The notes: a model not told the origin generated them from the sequence alone. A stretch of DNA of 64,000 nt from Sphingobacterium sp. (GCA_052092145.1 JBQDCW010000001.1:181360-245359), one strand, 5' to 3'; numbered from the stretch's first letter, positions 16,957 to 28,382 are shown. Numbers and translations: made by a program.

Positions 16957-18123
16957 TTAAAATTCTATGTCTGCATAAAACTCATCGGCCGCATCAGCAT
17001 CGGGCATCAATTGACCATCTTCCCATTTTATGGGCAGCACAGCGGGGCGGCAGGTGACCGGAAACCTTGTGCCCATTACGCCTCTAGGGTTAAAGAAAAT
17101 GGTTGACCACCATTTCCCATCAGCTCCTTGAAAAATATTATTGTGTCCACCCTCGATGATCGCTGGACGTCGCGGTCCATAGGGTCCATACACGTTATCA
17201 GAGGTAGCCAGAACCACATCGTAGCTGTGCAGCACGGAATCTTTTCGGTCGTCTCGAATGTATGAATAGCTGCCGTCTGATTGTGGTACCGACCAAACGG
17301 TCTGAAGGAGATGGTATTGATTGTCATGCTTCTCTATCCACACCCCTTCAATGTAGGGTTCTGAGGAATAAGGTGTTTCTTTGATCCGCTTGAAGGGTTG
17401 AGCAATATCGGTCAGGTTCTCGTTCATCGGCGCGATAAAATGATTATGTCCAACTAAATAAACAGCTCCGTCTTCATCTTCGAACAGACTAAGATCGATA
17501 TTGTTAAAGATCGGCTTCTCCGCATTTCCGGCAATATTGCGATAAGGTCCTTCCGGCTTACCACTGGTGCTTTCTAAGATAAAGGAACCGTTTCCACCAT
17601 TTAAACATGCTGCAATCATCCATTTATCTTGACTCTCTATATAGTGCAATTCAGGTGCCCAAACTGCACGGAATATCGAATCTAGCGGATCGCCATTTAG
17701 AGATTTTGCGCCAGGTTCTATCGGACTTCCTTTTTTTTGCCAGTCAGCTGCATCCTCGTCAAATGACCAAATTCTCCCCATGGCTTCCCAGTCCTTCATA
17801 TCTTTTGATCGCCAGAGATATAAGCCGTCATTATAGTCCCAACAGTGAATCTGGCCCTCAAATTCTCTTTCAGGAGTTGCAGTGGTTCCCGTCATATAGT
17901 AGTAACCATCTGGGCCATAGGTAACATATGTGTCTCGCATCCACACGTCCAAAATTGGTCGAATAGTAGCGGGTACCGTTAATAAGCTATCACCTACCGG
18001 AGCGGTTGGGTCACTGAAGGTTAAACTGCTTTCCTCTTCCTTTTGCGGGCCCGAGCAGGACAGACAGATTGATAAAGTGAGTACCAGACAACTGATCCTC
18101 GTGAACATTGACTTTTTCTTCAT
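16957..18123 (-). CDS. Glycoside hydrolase family 43 lipoprotein
   Basis: 388-aa ORF with lipobox LSCSG. GH43 hallmarks present: MRDTYVTYGPDGYYYMTGT, VWAPELHY, and a five-bladed-propeller-type repetition. Confidence 0.8.
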   Translation of the reverse strand: MKKKSMFTRISCLVLTLSICLSCSGPQKEEESSLTFSDPTAPVGDSLLTVPATIRPILDVWMRDTYVTYGPDGYYYMTGTTATPEREFEGQIHCWDYNDGLYLWRSKDMKDWEAMGRIWSFDEDAADWQKKGSPIEPGAKSLNGDPLDSIFRAVWAPELHYIESQDKWMIAACLNGGNGSFILESTSGKPEGPYRNIAGNAEKPIFNNIDLSLFEDEDGAVYLVGHNHFIAPMNENLTDIAQPFKRIKETPYSSEPYIEGVWIEKHDNQYHLLQTVWSVPQSDGSYSYIRDDRKDSVLHSYDVVLATSDNVYGPYGPRRPAIIEGGHNNIFQGADGKWWSTIFFNPRGVMGTRFPVTCRPAVLPIKWEDGQLMPDADAADEFYADIEF

Positions 18124-18162
18124 GTATATAGTTTTTGAATATGGAATTTTAGATGAATATCG

Positions 18163-19650
18163 CTAATTATAACCTTCATTTTGTACACATAGTTTGTTGG
18201 CTTGGATCTCTGATTGCGGTATGGGAAATCGTATTTTATTTTCGGTAGCAAGATTAGGTGAAACTCCGCGAGCAATGGCAGAGGAGATAAAAGTTCCCTG
18301 GCGTATCAAATCCTCCCGACGTTTTCCTTCACTGATGAATTCCCATCCGCGTTCTCTGAATATTGCTTCCCGGAAGGCTTCCTTACTCGGCGTATTTCCA
18401 GGGTGAAGATTCGCTAATCCTGCCCGCTGCCGAATTTGATTGATAAGCGCAAAGCATTCGTCGGTTGGGGCTCCAGTGAGTTCATTGAGCGCTTCGGCAC
18501 GACTGAGCAGAATATCCGAATAACGGATTACAGGCACGTCTGTTCCGCTATTATTTCCGACGGTATGGTTGTCCCAATATTTAAAACTCCTGGCATTGTC
18601 TCCAGATAATAGATCTACCGTTTCGTTAGTATTGTTGATGAAAGATGTACAAATTAAATCCCGCCGTTTGTCATGAGCGGCGATGCTTTCTACAAATTCG
18701 GTTCTAAGGCGATATTGTGTTGCAAAATTAGACATCGTTGGATTGTACTGGAACTCGGGGAAATCATCGGCACTCTTAAAGCCACTGGGTAAAGCGCCTG
18801 CCATAAACCAATTGCCAAATTGGACTTCATTCTTACAGGGTAGGACCAGAAGCATTTCACGGTTATCTTTCCCTTCATTTTCCACGCGGAATAGGTCTTT
18901 GAATTCATGTTGATCGGTGCTATAATAATTGAGCGAGATGATTTCTTGACACGCATCCGCCGCCTTTTCCCATTGTTTAGTATTCAGCAAAAACTTCGCT
19001 AAGACGCCCAATGCATTACCACGATTGAAGCGTCCGAGAGATTCTTCTTGCCCCGGATCCGGGAGATCTGCAACACTTTCCATAATCTCCGTCTCGATGA
19101 ACCTGGCGATCTCCTCCTCGGTAGCGCGGCTTAGGTCAGCTCCTTGTGTCGTGGAGGTCCGTAAGGGTACTGGCCCGAACCAATTGTATAAGATAGCATA
19201 AGCCTGTGCCCGGAGCACTCTCGCTTCAGCCAAAACCAGTTTTTTTACTTCCTCACTGGTTTGCACATTGACAATGCTTTCGATGACATCATTCGCGTCA
19301 CGAATACAACGGTAGTTAGGGGCCCAAACATCTCCTTGGAAGGTCTGTAAGCTAGGGTCCCAACTGAAATTCATTAAATGAACGAATTGTCCGTTCTCCG
19401 CCCCACCTGAGTTATGAGCCATATCCGTGGACACCTCAGAATTATTGATTGTAAATCGGGAATTTTGTTGGGTTTGTTGCTGCGCATAGGCCGAAAATAA
19501 CAGCGATTTGATCCCCTCTTCGGATGTTAAAACATTGCCGGGAGAGAATTCTGAGCGTGGGGTCACATCCAGTAGCTTCTCACAGGAGGAGACCGCAGTA
19601 GCCAGTATGGCCAGAACGAGGAGCTGGGTTCGTTTTATAATATTCTTCAT
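18163..19650 (-). CDS. susD: RagB/SusD-family nutrient-binding outer-membrane lipoprotein
   Basis: 495-aa ORF with lipobox AVSSC and the SusD-like motif RYSDILLSRAEALNE. It starts 11 nt downstream of the SusC-like gene. Confidence 0.9.
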   Translation of the reverse strand: MKNIIKRTQLLVLAILATAVSSCEKLLDVTPRSEFSPGNVLTSEEGIKSLLFSAYAQQQTQQNSRFTINNSEVSTDMAHNSGGAENGQFVHLMNFSWDPSLQTFQGDVWAPNYRCIRDANDVIESIVNVQTSEEVKKLVLAEARVLRAQAYAILYNWFGPVPLRTSTTQGADLSRATEEEIARFIETEIMESVADLPDPGQEESLGRFNRGNALGVLAKFLLNTKQWEKAADACQEIISLNYYSTDQHEFKDLFRVENEGKDNREMLLVLPCKNEVQFGNWFMAGALPSGFKSADDFPEFQYNPTMSNFATQYRLRTEFVESIAAHDKRRDLICTSFINNTNETVDLLSGDNARSFKYWDNHTVGNNSGTDVPVIRYSDILLSRAEALNELTGAPTDECFALINQIRQRAGLANLHPGNTPSKEAFREAIFRERGWEFISEGKRREDLIRQGTFISSAIARGVSPNLATENKIRFPIPQSEIQANKLCVQNEGYN

Positions 19651-19661
19651 TTCTCTTAGTT

Positions 19662-22600
19662 TTAAAATTGCAAATTCACACCTGCGGTAAAAGTCCGCGT
19701 CAAAGGATAGGAGTTGTAATCGACGCGGAGTACATTATCGCCTATCGCGTTCACCGCAGGATCAACACCCGAATATTTGGTCCAGGTATGCAAGTTTTGT
19801 CCGTTCACAAACACCGTGGCACTTCTAATATATTTGTTCTCCAGCAAGGGTATTTTATAGCTTAAGCGAATGGACTGAAGACGTAGATATGAGGCATCCT
19901 CTACAGTTTTATCGGTTACATTTCTGGATCCCTGGACATCGCCTGGAATAAAAGAAGGATAGTCATTGGTTGGATTCTGTGCCGTCCAACGATTGAGGTA
20001 TAATGCAGCTAGTTTATTGCGACGGAAATCTACTGGATAGTAAGAATCCACGCGGCTACTGTTAAGCATCTTTGCTCCCTGTGACCCTTCTAAAAAAATG
20101 GCTAGATTAAGGTTTTTGTAACTAACATCGGTGTTCAAGCCATAGAAAAAATCAGGTAATGCCTTACCTAATATCACTCGATCGTCTGTATTGATAACTT
20201 GGTTGTTGTCTAAGTCATGATATTTTAAATCGCCCGGTCGAACACCCGGTTGAGCCAGTGAGAAATCATCATCGATTTGCCAAACGCCATCGACCAGGTA
20301 CCCATAATAAGAACCGATTGATTCGCCAGGTTTCAAGATACTGTATTGACCAATATTACCGGGACCAGTGCCGATGAATTCCTCCACACTACCCAAACTT
20401 ATTACCCGGTTTTTCAGCGTCGTCAAGTTAAAGCTAGCGTTCCATTGGAATGCATTATGATCTATCAATGAACCGTTAACGGTGAGCTCCATCCCACTGT
20501 TTCGCATACTGCCCACGTTTTCAGTTCGGGCATTAAAACCTGTACTAAGGGGCTGGGGCACGTTATACAGTAAATGCGAGGTCCGTCGGTCGTAGTAGTC
20601 CAGGCTCCCTGATAGTCGATTTTCCCAAAAAGAAAAATCTAATCCTAGATCGAATTGCTCAGCCGATTCCCAACGTAAAAATGGATTCGCACTGCGTGTA
20701 GGGGCAATCGTGGTCACGCGCTCTCCATCGAATATCGCATTTCGTCCAGCAGCATAGGTGGAGAAATACAGATAATTGACATTGGGTTGATTGCCTATTG
20801 CGCCATAGCTCGCTCTAATTTTCAGATCGTTGATCCAAACAGCGTTCTGCAGAAAATTTTCCTCCTGTAGTTTCCATGCTAAAGCAATCGAAGGGAAATA
20901 GCCAAAGCGATTTTCGGGACCAAATCGAGCAGAGCCGTCGGCCCGAAAACTGCCGGTTAATAAATAACGATTTTTATACGTATAGTTGATGCGACCGAGA
21001 TAGGATAACAAAACGTTTTCCTGGGCGCCGTAACCTACTCGATTCAGCGTTGCATCACCGGACCCGAGACCGTAATAGGTCAAATCTGCAAGTGAAAAAG
21101 ATCGAGCGTTAGCAGTCAGGCTGCTGGACGTGTACCTTTCGTAGGTCGCTCCCAGTACGGCGTTGACTTGATGATTCGCCCAGGTCTCTTGGTAGTTCAG
21201 TGTGCCCTCTAACAGGTAGTAGCCTCGTTTGCCGTCACGCACATCGGCATATCCGCCATAAGAAGCACCTGTTAATGTCGAGGGATCGATCCAGAAAGTG
21301 CGTTTAGTATTATTGAGATCAACCCCCACTCTGGCTTTTGCTGAGAGAGAAGGTAATAGGAAATATTCTGCAAATACGTTCCCGAAAGTCCGAAAGGTCT
21401 CTCCTTTTGAATACTGACCGTGGATAACCGCTAATGGATTGTCCATTGGGGCCATGAGTGGTGAACGGAAATATTCACCGTCTGCGCTATAGGCTGGTGC
21501 AGTTGGATCATAATTTTGTGCCATATACAGCGCGCTTGCGTTGTCATTAATACCCACCCCATTGGCATTATAAGCGTCATCAGTATAGGCTGTCGATAAG
21601 CTCATGCCGATGTTGTATTTGGAGGGAACGCTTGTCTGTACATTGAGTGTTCCGTTGTACCGTGTAGTTCCCGAATTGAGCATTACCCCATCTTGGTCAA
21701 AATACCCACCTGCGATATAGTATTTGGTGGTAGGGTTACCGCCACTAAAGGAAAAATCGTGGGTCTGAACGCCCGCATTCCTAAGTAAAAGACCTTGCCA
21801 ATCGGTGTTGTGATTCTCTCCGTCTACGGGATGGTATACATTGGGATTCAGATCTCCTTCTTCGATTATTCCATTTAATGTCTCCGTGTATTCCTGGCCA
21901 GTCATAAAACGTTGTGTATTGGCGATTTGTTGACTACCGAATGAGGCATTGTAATCTAATGTAAGGTTGCCTTCTTGACCTTTTTTTGTCGTAATAAGCA
22001 CCACTCCGTTAGCGCCTCTGGACCCGTAGATGGCGGTGGCCGATGCGTCTTTTAAGATCTCGATCGATGCAATATCCGACACGTTTAGGGCGTTGAGTGG
22101 ATTGCGGTTGTTGGGGTTATTTGTTGCTCCACCCACACCCGCAGAACCGATTGCGGCTGCATCGTTGACCGGCATACCGTCAATTACGTATAAGGGCGCA
22201 TTGTTACCGGTTATCGAGGTAACTCCGCGAATCTGTACGCTCATTGCGGCTCCTGGCTCGCCACTTTTTTGAGCGATTTGCACGCCTGGTGTACGTCCCT
22301 GCAAGGCTTGTTGTAGATTGAGATTTGCGCCTTTGGTTAGTTCTTCTGCTGGAACAGATGCTACTGCCCCGGTCAAATCACTTTTGCGAACCGTTCCATA
22401 CCCCACGACAACCACCTCATCAATTGTGCTATCATCCGGTTGCATGATAATCTCTAGTTCGGTGCGGCCTGCTAAGGTTATTGTCTGCGGGAGATATCCC
22501 AGGTGACTCACCACGGCTCGATCCATTGCTCCGTTAAATCTTAAGAGGAAAGCGCCTTGATCGTCGCTGCTGACCTGCACCGAACCATCTTGAAGCTTTA

Positions 22601-22754
22601 TGGTGGCTCCAACAATTGCTTTTCCGGATTCATCATGGACATACCCGCTGATTTGTCGATCTTGACTGCGGGCTAAATCGGCAAACAATAGTATCAATAA
22701 AGTTAGGGAAAAGGGTAATGAAATTGCTATCAGTTTATTTTTTGATGTGTTCAT
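19662..22754 (-). CDS. susC: SusC/RagA-family TonB-dependent outer-membrane transporter
   Basis: 1030-aa ORF with an N-terminal CarboxypepD_reg-like segment (ISGYVHDESGKAIVGATIKL), a plug (IEILKDASATAIYGSRGANGVVLITTKKG) and a C-terminus ...TAGVNLQF. Confidence 0.95.
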   Translation of the reverse strand: MNTSKNKLIAISLPFSLTLLILLFADLARSQDRQISGYVHDESGKAIVGATIKLQDGSVQVSSDDQGAFLLRFNGAMDRAVVSHLGYLPQTITLAGRTELEIIMQPDDSTIDEVVVVGYGTVRKSDLTGAVASVPAEELTKGANLNLQQALQGRTPGVQIAQKSGEPGAAMSVQIRGVTSITGNNAPLYVIDGMPVNDAAAIGSAGVGGATNNPNNRNPLNALNVSDIASIEILKDASATAIYGSRGANGVVLITTKKGQEGNLTLDYNASFGSQQIANTQRFMTGQEYTETLNGIIEEGDLNPNVYHPVDGENHNTDWQGLLLRNAGVQTHDFSFSGGNPTTKYYIAGGYFDQDGVMLNSGTTRYNGTLNVQTSVPSKYNIGMSLSTAYTDDAYNANGVGINDNASALYMAQNYDPTAPAYSADGEYFRSPLMAPMDNPLAVIHGQYSKGETFRTFGNVFAEYFLLPSLSAKARVGVDLNNTKRTFWIDPSTLTGASYGGYADVRDGKRGYYLLEGTLNYQETWANHQVNAVLGATYERYTSSSLTANARSFSLADLTYYGLGSGDATLNRVGYGAQENVLLSYLGRINYTYKNRYLLTGSFRADGSARFGPENRFGYFPSIALAWKLQEENFLQNAVWINDLKIRASYGAIGNQPNVNYLYFSTYAAGRNAIFDGERVTTIAPTRSANPFLRWESAEQFDLGLDFSFWENRLSGSLDYYDRRTSHLLYNVPQPLSTGFNARTENVGSMRNSGMELTVNGSLIDHNAFQWNASFNLTTLKNRVISLGSVEEFIGTGPGNIGQYSILKPGESIGSYYGYLVDGVWQIDDDFSLAQPGVRPGDLKYHDLDNNQVINTDDRVILGKALPDFFYGLNTDVSYKNLNLAIFLEGSQGAKMLNSSRVDSYYPVDFRRNKLAALYLNRWTAQNPTNDYPSFIPGDVQGSRNVTDKTVEDASYLRLQSIRLSYKIPLLENKYIRSATVFVNGQNLHTWTKYSGVDPAVNAIGDNVLRVDYNSYPLTRTFTAGVNLQF

Positions 22755-23190
22755 CGGTTCATTTTTGGTTGGTTAAAAGGTAAGTCAAGCCTTCGTATTG
22801 TTAAATATGCTAATCGTTCGACCAATGATCTCTATACTGCTGTATCCTGGTGGTTTAGGTATCCCGATCGATGTATGCCTCGGCAACCCTTGTCAGCATC
22901 TTTCAGACCCTTGTTTGATTGCCCAGATGGCTACGCCGACAGCCAATACGGACGGATAAATTCATGTACTGATCAATTTTAATTTGTTTATAGTGGTCTA
23001 TAACCGGTGGGCACATCGGAACCAATCTTGTGTGAATTTTGGGACCCAAATACCTCATACAATGTTATTTGAAATTCCGGTAATTCATTAGGACTCTTGT
23101 TTAAATGTTCAGGATTTTTGTTTAATTTCAGGCTTTAGTGGTCATTAACACCACGTTTGGTAAACCACCAAAAAAAACACACCCTAATCC

Positions 23191-26100
23191 ATGCGTAAAA
23201 AACTGACTTGGTTCATTTGTTTTGCCGTTTGTTTGGCTGTCAAGCTTTCGGCTCAAGACGTCTCGTTTCGGAAGATCACCTCTAGCGAGGGACTCTCCCA
23301 TCATACGGTTTATGCTATGACGCAGGACCAAATGGGGATGATGTGGTTTGGTACTCGAGAAGGGTTGAGTCGATTCGATGGGCGTGAAGTGTTTACCTAT
23401 TACCTGGAAAGTCCTTCGGCCGGGGGGGCAGTGAACAAAATCAACACTTTAGCTGCTGTAGGCAACCGGGTCTATGTGGGGAGCGATGCCGGATTGTTTC
23501 TCTATGATCCGATGCTGGATAATCTTACGCGGGCAGCTCTGTTAAGCGAACATCAAGCCATTTTGATGCTTCACGCATACCGGGAAGACGTATTTGTGGG
23601 AACGTCGAGAAGTCTTTACCGGATTACTAATCAGGAAATTCACCTACTAAGCCATGACCACACCGGAGAAGTACGGGCATTGACCCCACTTAGCCAAGAC
23701 CGATTTATGGTGTTTATGGGCTCGCAATTAAAGATAATAGATCGAAATGGAAATCCATTGCTGAGATTTAGCGGCTTTGAGCTTTCAGAATTGGAGCGAT
23801 CGGACTTCACCGTTCATGATCTATATACCGATTGGTCAGGACAGGTATGGCTGGCGTCAAATTATGGCCTGTTTCTTTTTGAAGAACAAAAGAACCGATT
23901 TACGAAAATTAATCTATCCTCGACCGAAAATCGAGAAAACAACACGGTTAGAACAATCCTTGGCGATCGTTCGAATCTATTATACCTCGGTACTGAAGAT
24001 GGGATTTACAGCTACGATCTTCAGGAAAAGCAGGTCAAACATTATACCCATAGCTATGATCATCATGAACAGAAGCTTAATGATAAAGCAATATACTCCT
24101 CTTTCATCAGTACAGACGGGACGTTATGGTTTGGCACCTATTTCGGGGGCGTTAATTACATACCCTCTAGTCATTATGGGTTTAAAACAATGCGTGCTAG
24201 TGGCGAGCGGAATAGATTACATGGTAAAGCGGTTAGTCAGCTAATGGAGGATCAATCGGGTCGTCTTTGGATTGGAACCGAAGATGGTGGGATTACAATT
24301 CATGACTCCACTGAGGATCGAATCGATTATATCAATGGATCCAGCACACCGTTCTATTTATCAATAAATAACGTTCATGCGCTTCACCAAGACCAGCATG
24401 GGGACGTATGGGTGGGTACATTTTTAGGCGGATTGCATCGTTTTAAAATGAAGGAAAAAACCACCCAAATATTCCGTCATTCCTCGGATGATCAAAGCAG
24501 TATTTCCAACGATAATATCTATGCTATTTTTACCGATAGCCAGGATAGGTTATGGATAGGAACACAACGGGGCCTAAATATATTTGATCGGAAAGAAGAG
24601 CAATTCAGTCTTTTTAAGCCGGCTATTTTTGAAAATAAATTTATCTACGACATGATCGAAGGTCCCGACAGCAGCCTCTGGTTTTGTACCCGTGCGGATG
24701 GCATTTATCGATACTGGCCAACGACGGACAGCCTGAAACACTATCGTGCTGATAGCTCCACTAAAGGACTTCAAGGAAACCAAATCATTAGTGCTTATCG
24801 GGATCATGACGACCGTATTTGGTTCGGAAGCCTCGACGGAGGTGTCTGTTACTTTGATTATTCGACCGATCAGTTCTATAGCCTAACCACTCACAACGGG
24901 CTGGTAAACAATAGTGTTTATGGAATATTAGAGGATACCCAAGGAATGATTTGGATGTCCACCAATAAAGGACTGACACGCTACGATCCCCATCGGAATC
25001 AGTTTTCACATTTTAACAGTAAACACGGCCTTCCTTCGAACCAATTTAACTTTAAATCCTTTCTAAAAGCCGCTGATGGCACCTTATATTTTGGTTCAGT
25101 GAACGGTCTTAGTTACTTCCATGCGGAGGATATTCAGCCGCGTAAAAAAAGTACGTATCTGTTACTGAGCGACTTTAGCCTTTTCAATAAAAGTGTTGAT
25201 ATTGCAGAATCAGATGTTTTAAGTAATCATGTCAATTATTTGGACGGGATCGCTTTGGATCATAATCAGAATGTATTTTCAATCGATTTCACGGCCTTAG
25301 ATTTTGCGAATCCAGAAAGTATACAATTTCAGTATTTCCTGGAGGGATTTGAGGAGGAATGGAATCAACCCACTGAAAAACGACGGGCTACGTATACCAA
25401 TCTGGCTCCTGGTGCGTATACCTTTCAGGTGAAGGCGGTGCAAGCTGATGGGTCGGACTGTAGCGCTGTGCGGAGTCTACAGATACAGATTAATCCGCCG
25501 TTTTATAAAACCACCTTTGCTTATGTCCTTTATGCTTTTCTAATGATTGCTGCCGTTGCTGCATACGGACGTTTTGTTCGCTTTCTCCATGAGCGTAAAT
25601 TGGAATTGAATCTGGCCCGTTTGGAAAAAGAAAAAACGGACGAACTCACGCAGAACCGGTTGAACTTTTTCACGTTCATATCCCATGAATTCAAGACGCC
25701 ACTGACCTTGATTTTAGCCGCTATAGATAAGCTTACTGCTGAGGGTTCCAGAGCGTTGCAACAAAATCCACAGATAGCGCAGATTACAAAAAGCGCTTCC
25801 ACCTTATTCGAATTGATCCAGGAATTGATGGAATTCCGTAGTGCAGAAAACAACCACAGCAAAATCGAGCTTGCCCATGAGGATATTGTCGGTTTCCTGG
25901 TCAATGTAGTCTCATGTTTCAGATCGTTGGCCAATGAAAAAGGTCTTTCTTTGGAAATTCGATCTGAAATTCCACAATATATGTGCTATTTCGATCAACA
26001 GAAACTCGAGCGAATTATTATCAATCTGCTCTCCAATGCATTGAAAAATACGGTCCACGGTGGCGTGGAGGTATCAATAGGTATTAAGACGGATTCGACC

Positions 26101-27204
26101 AAAGACTGGGTCCGTATCCTGGTGTCAGATACCGGTAGTGGTATGGGCAAAAAAGAAATAGAGAATGCGTTTAAACCCTTTTTTAACAAAGGAAAAAATC
26201 GAGAAGGAAGCGGAATAGGTTTGCCCTTGATGTATAGCTTGGTACACTACCTCGGTGGAATAATCAACATAACAAGTCCTGTAAGCGGAGGAACGACGGT
26301 TGTGGTTGAATTACCGCTAAATAACCGGCCCGCAACGCCAGTAGAGAAGTCTGTACGAATGGATAACCAATCTTCCCTTGCCACCGGTCAATCCGCCAAA
26401 CAGGTGGAATTTCCAATCACCAGCGAGAATGGGCGAAAGAAATACTCGCTATTAATTGTTGAAGATAATAAAGAACTCCTTGGATTCCTATCCGAACATT
26501 TCTCCAAAAATTACCAAGTTGATCGAGCCACTAATGGGGCTATGGCGAAACGAAAAATTTTGAAGCTAGCTCCCGATATTATCGTCAGTGATGTCAAAAT
26601 GCCAAAGATAGACGGATTGGAACTTTGTCGTTTTGTCAAGCAGCATCCCGATATTGGACACACACCCTTTATAATGCTGTCGCAGGCTGGTGATCAAGGC
26701 ATGAAACTCGATGGGCTAGATGTTGGGGCGGATACCTATCTGGCAAAGCCCTTCAAATTGAAGGAGCTCGAGCTGATCATCGAAAACATGCTTTGGTCGC
26801 GGAAGGTATTACGAGAAAGGATTATCCACATCAGTGAATTTGCAAAGAATAAGCTTCCTGAAAACAACAAAGATGAAGAGTTTCTGAAAAGGCTGAGTGC
26901 GATATTTCATGCTCGATTCATGGATAGTAATTTATCCGTTGACGATTTGGCTAAAGAGATGTATATGAGTCGAACGAGCTTACACCTTAAGCTAAAAAAA
27001 GCATTGGGAAAGAATGCCACAACGTTACTGGCAGAATATCGTCTGCGACGGGCGTCAATCATGCTTAAAAATGACATCCCTATTAATGAAATAGCATTCC
27101 ATTGCGGGTACAATGATCCCAGTTATTTTAGCCGAATTTTTAAAAAATATTACGGTTTGAGCCCAATGGAATTCAAACTCCAGAGTGCTGATCTGAACGA
27201 GTGA
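23191..27204 (+). CDS. Hybrid two-component system regulator (HTCS): periplasmic beta-propeller/Y_Y_Y sensor, HisKA, HATPase, receiver, AraC HTH
   Basis: 1337-aa ORF. It has repeated W(F/I)GT propeller motifs, a TM (FAYVLYAFLMIAAVAAYG) and an H-box FISHEFKTPL. The G-boxes are DTGSGM/GSGIGL, the receiver is LLIVEDN...DVKMPKIDG, and the C-terminal AraC HTH is GYNDPSYFSRIFKKYYGLSP. It is divergent from susC. Confidence 0.95.
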   Translation: MRKKLTWFICFAVCLAVKLSAQDVSFRKITSSEGLSHHTVYAMTQDQMGMMWFGTREGLSRFDGREVFTYYLESPSAGGAVNKINTLAAVGNRVYVGSDAGLFLYDPMLDNLTRAALLSEHQAILMLHAYREDVFVGTSRSLYRITNQEIHLLSHDHTGEVRALTPLSQDRFMVFMGSQLKIIDRNGNPLLRFSGFELSELERSDFTVHDLYTDWSGQVWLASNYGLFLFEEQKNRFTKINLSSTENRENNTVRTILGDRSNLLYLGTEDGIYSYDLQEKQVKHYTHSYDHHEQKLNDKAIYSSFISTDGTLWFGTYFGGVNYIPSSHYGFKTMRASGERNRLHGKAVSQLMEDQSGRLWIGTEDGGITIHDSTEDRIDYINGSSTPFYLSINNVHALHQDQHGDVWVGTFLGGLHRFKMKEKTTQIFRHSSDDQSSISNDNIYAIFTDSQDRLWIGTQRGLNIFDRKEEQFSLFKPAIFENKFIYDMIEGPDSSLWFCTRADGIYRYWPTTDSLKHYRADSSTKGLQGNQIISAYRDHDDRIWFGSLDGGVCYFDYSTDQFYSLTTHNGLVNNSVYGILEDTQGMIWMSTNKGLTRYDPHRNQFSHFNSKHGLPSNQFNFKSFLKAADGTLYFGSVNGLSYFHAEDIQPRKKSTYLLLSDFSLFNKSVDIAESDVLSNHVNYLDGIALDHNQNVFSIDFTALDFANPESIQFQYFLEGFEEEWNQPTEKRRATYTNLAPGAYTFQVKAVQADGSDCSAVRSLQIQINPPFYKTTFAYVLYAFLMIAAVAAYGRFVRFLHERKLELNLARLEKEKTDELTQNRLNFFTFISHEFKTPLTLILAAIDKLTAEGSRALQQNPQIAQITKSASTLFELIQELMEFRSAENNHSKIELAHEDIVGFLVNVVSCFRSLANEKGLSLEIRSEIPQYMCYFDQQKLERIIINLLSNALKNTVHGGVEVSIGIKTDSTKDWVRILVSDTGSGMGKKEIENAFKPFFNKGKNREGSGIGLPLMYSLVHYLGGIINITSPVSGGTTVVVELPLNNRPATPVEKSVRMDNQSSLATGQSAKQVEFPITSENGRKKYSLLIVEDNKELLGFLSEHFSKNYQVDRATNGAMAKRKILKLAPDIIVSDVKMPKIDGLELCRFVKQHPDIGHTPFIMLSQAGDQGMKLDGLDVGADTYLAKPFKLKELELIIENMLWSRKVLRERIIHISEFAKNKLPENNKDEEFLKRLSAIFHARFMDSNLSVDDLAKEMYMSRTSLHLKLKKALGKNATTLLAEYRLRRASIMLKNDIPINEIAFHCGYNDPSYFSRIFKKYYGLSPMEFKLQSADLNE

Positions 27205-27277
27205 TTTTGAGACACTTGTGACCGCGATTGTTTGTGGAGCTGAAATAAAATCGTTAGTTTAACGAAAACTAAAAACT

Positions 27278-27937
27278 ATGGATAAGCAGAACACACTCAT
27301 TATTGGGGCTAACGGAAAAATAGGTCGTTTAGTCAGTGCTAAAATGGCAAAATCTGTAAATTTCCAAGCAGTGGCAGGTATACGCGGCGAGGAACAAATT
27401 CCTTATTTTGCGGAATTAGGCCTTACACATCGGTTGATTGATTTAGAAGGGTCAGTGGAGAAATTAGCAAGCAATCTCCAGGACATTCAGGCCATCGTCT
27501 TTACGGCCGGTTCGGGCGAAACAACCAAATTTGATAGAACTTTAACCGTGGACCTGGACGGAGCGGTCAAGTGTATAGAGGCGGCGGAAGCGGCTGGTGT
27601 CAATCGATTCGTGATGGTAAGTGCAATTCATGCCGATAACCGGGGGACTTGGGAAGCAACTGGAATAAAACCCTACTATATTGCTAAGCATTATGCGGAT
27701 CGGGCATTAAAAAACAGCTCGTTGGATTACACAATTTTGAGACCCGCTCGTTTGCTTGATGGTCAAGGAACCGGTCAAATTTCAGTCGACAGTGAGTCCG
27801 GCGCACCCTTAGAAATCTTTCGAGAAGACGTGGCTGAGGTTGTTCTTCATGTTCTCGCTGAACGACGTTTTGCCGGCAAGACAATTGATTTGATCAATGG
27901 CGAACGAACGATTGCCGATGAACTGGCTTCCTTTTAG
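27278..27937 (+). CDS. NAD(P)H-binding atypical SDR (NmrA-like) protein
   Basis: 219-aa ORF with the N-terminal LIIGANGKIGRLV Rossmann motif and YYIAKHYAD. Confidence 0.8.
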   Translation: MDKQNTLIIGANGKIGRLVSAKMAKSVNFQAVAGIRGEEQIPYFAELGLTHRLIDLEGSVEKLASNLQDIQAIVFTAGSGETTKFDRTLTVDLDGAVKCIEAAEAAGVNRFVMVSAIHADNRGTWEATGIKPYYIAKHYADRALKNSSLDYTILRPARLLDGQGTGQISVDSESGAPLEIFREDVAEVVLHVLAERRFAGKTIDLINGERTIADELASF

Positions 27938-27958
27938 TACCTTGCGGGTAAATTCTAT

Positions 27959-28309
27959 GTGCCAATGGACATCATACCACACACTGTGACAGGCTTAAAG
28001 GCTGCCGAAGTCAAATCAAGCGATCTACTTATAGAAGATTTACAAGGAGCTTTAGATCTTTTGGGAGACCTTTATTATCAAGGTTTCGATATGATTATTC
28101 TTCGTCGTGCCCATTTTTGTTCTGATTTTTTTGACTTAAAAAGTCAATTAGCAGGTGATATTCTTCAGAAGTTTTCGAATTACAGAATGCGTTTAGTTAT
28201 TCTGGGGGATTTTGGCTCCGAGTCTAGTCGCAGTTTGCGTGATTTTGTCTATGAAAGTAACCAAGGTCGACACATACAGTTTGTTGAAAATGTAGACGCC
28301 ATTCGGTAG
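27959..28309 (+). CDS. DUF4180-like hypothetical protein
   Basis: 116-aa ORF. FFDLKSQLAGDILQKFSNYRMRLVILGDF...SRSLRDFVYESN matches my recollection of the DUF4180 family. The track start is GTG; an ATG is at 27965. Confidence 0.6.
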   Translation: MPMDIIPHTVTGLKAAEVKSSDLLIEDLQGALDLLGDLYYQGFDMIILRRAHFCSDFFDLKSQLAGDILQKFSNYRMRLVILGDFGSESSRSLRDFVYESNQGRHIQFVENVDAIR

Positions 28310-28382
28310 TTGCACACGCTATCCTGTCTACATTACCCCACTAGGAAGACCGATCTTCATCGGCCTAAACCTGGTGCTTCTT

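Noticed and set aside
23777-24244. 155-aa same-strand alternative-frame ORF inside the HTCS gene, and the 134-aa antisense ORF 25530..25934
   Set aside because: A few stop-free stretches of this length are expected by chance in 128 kb of six-frame space. They have no motifs, and the HTCS frame is continuous and conserved-looking.
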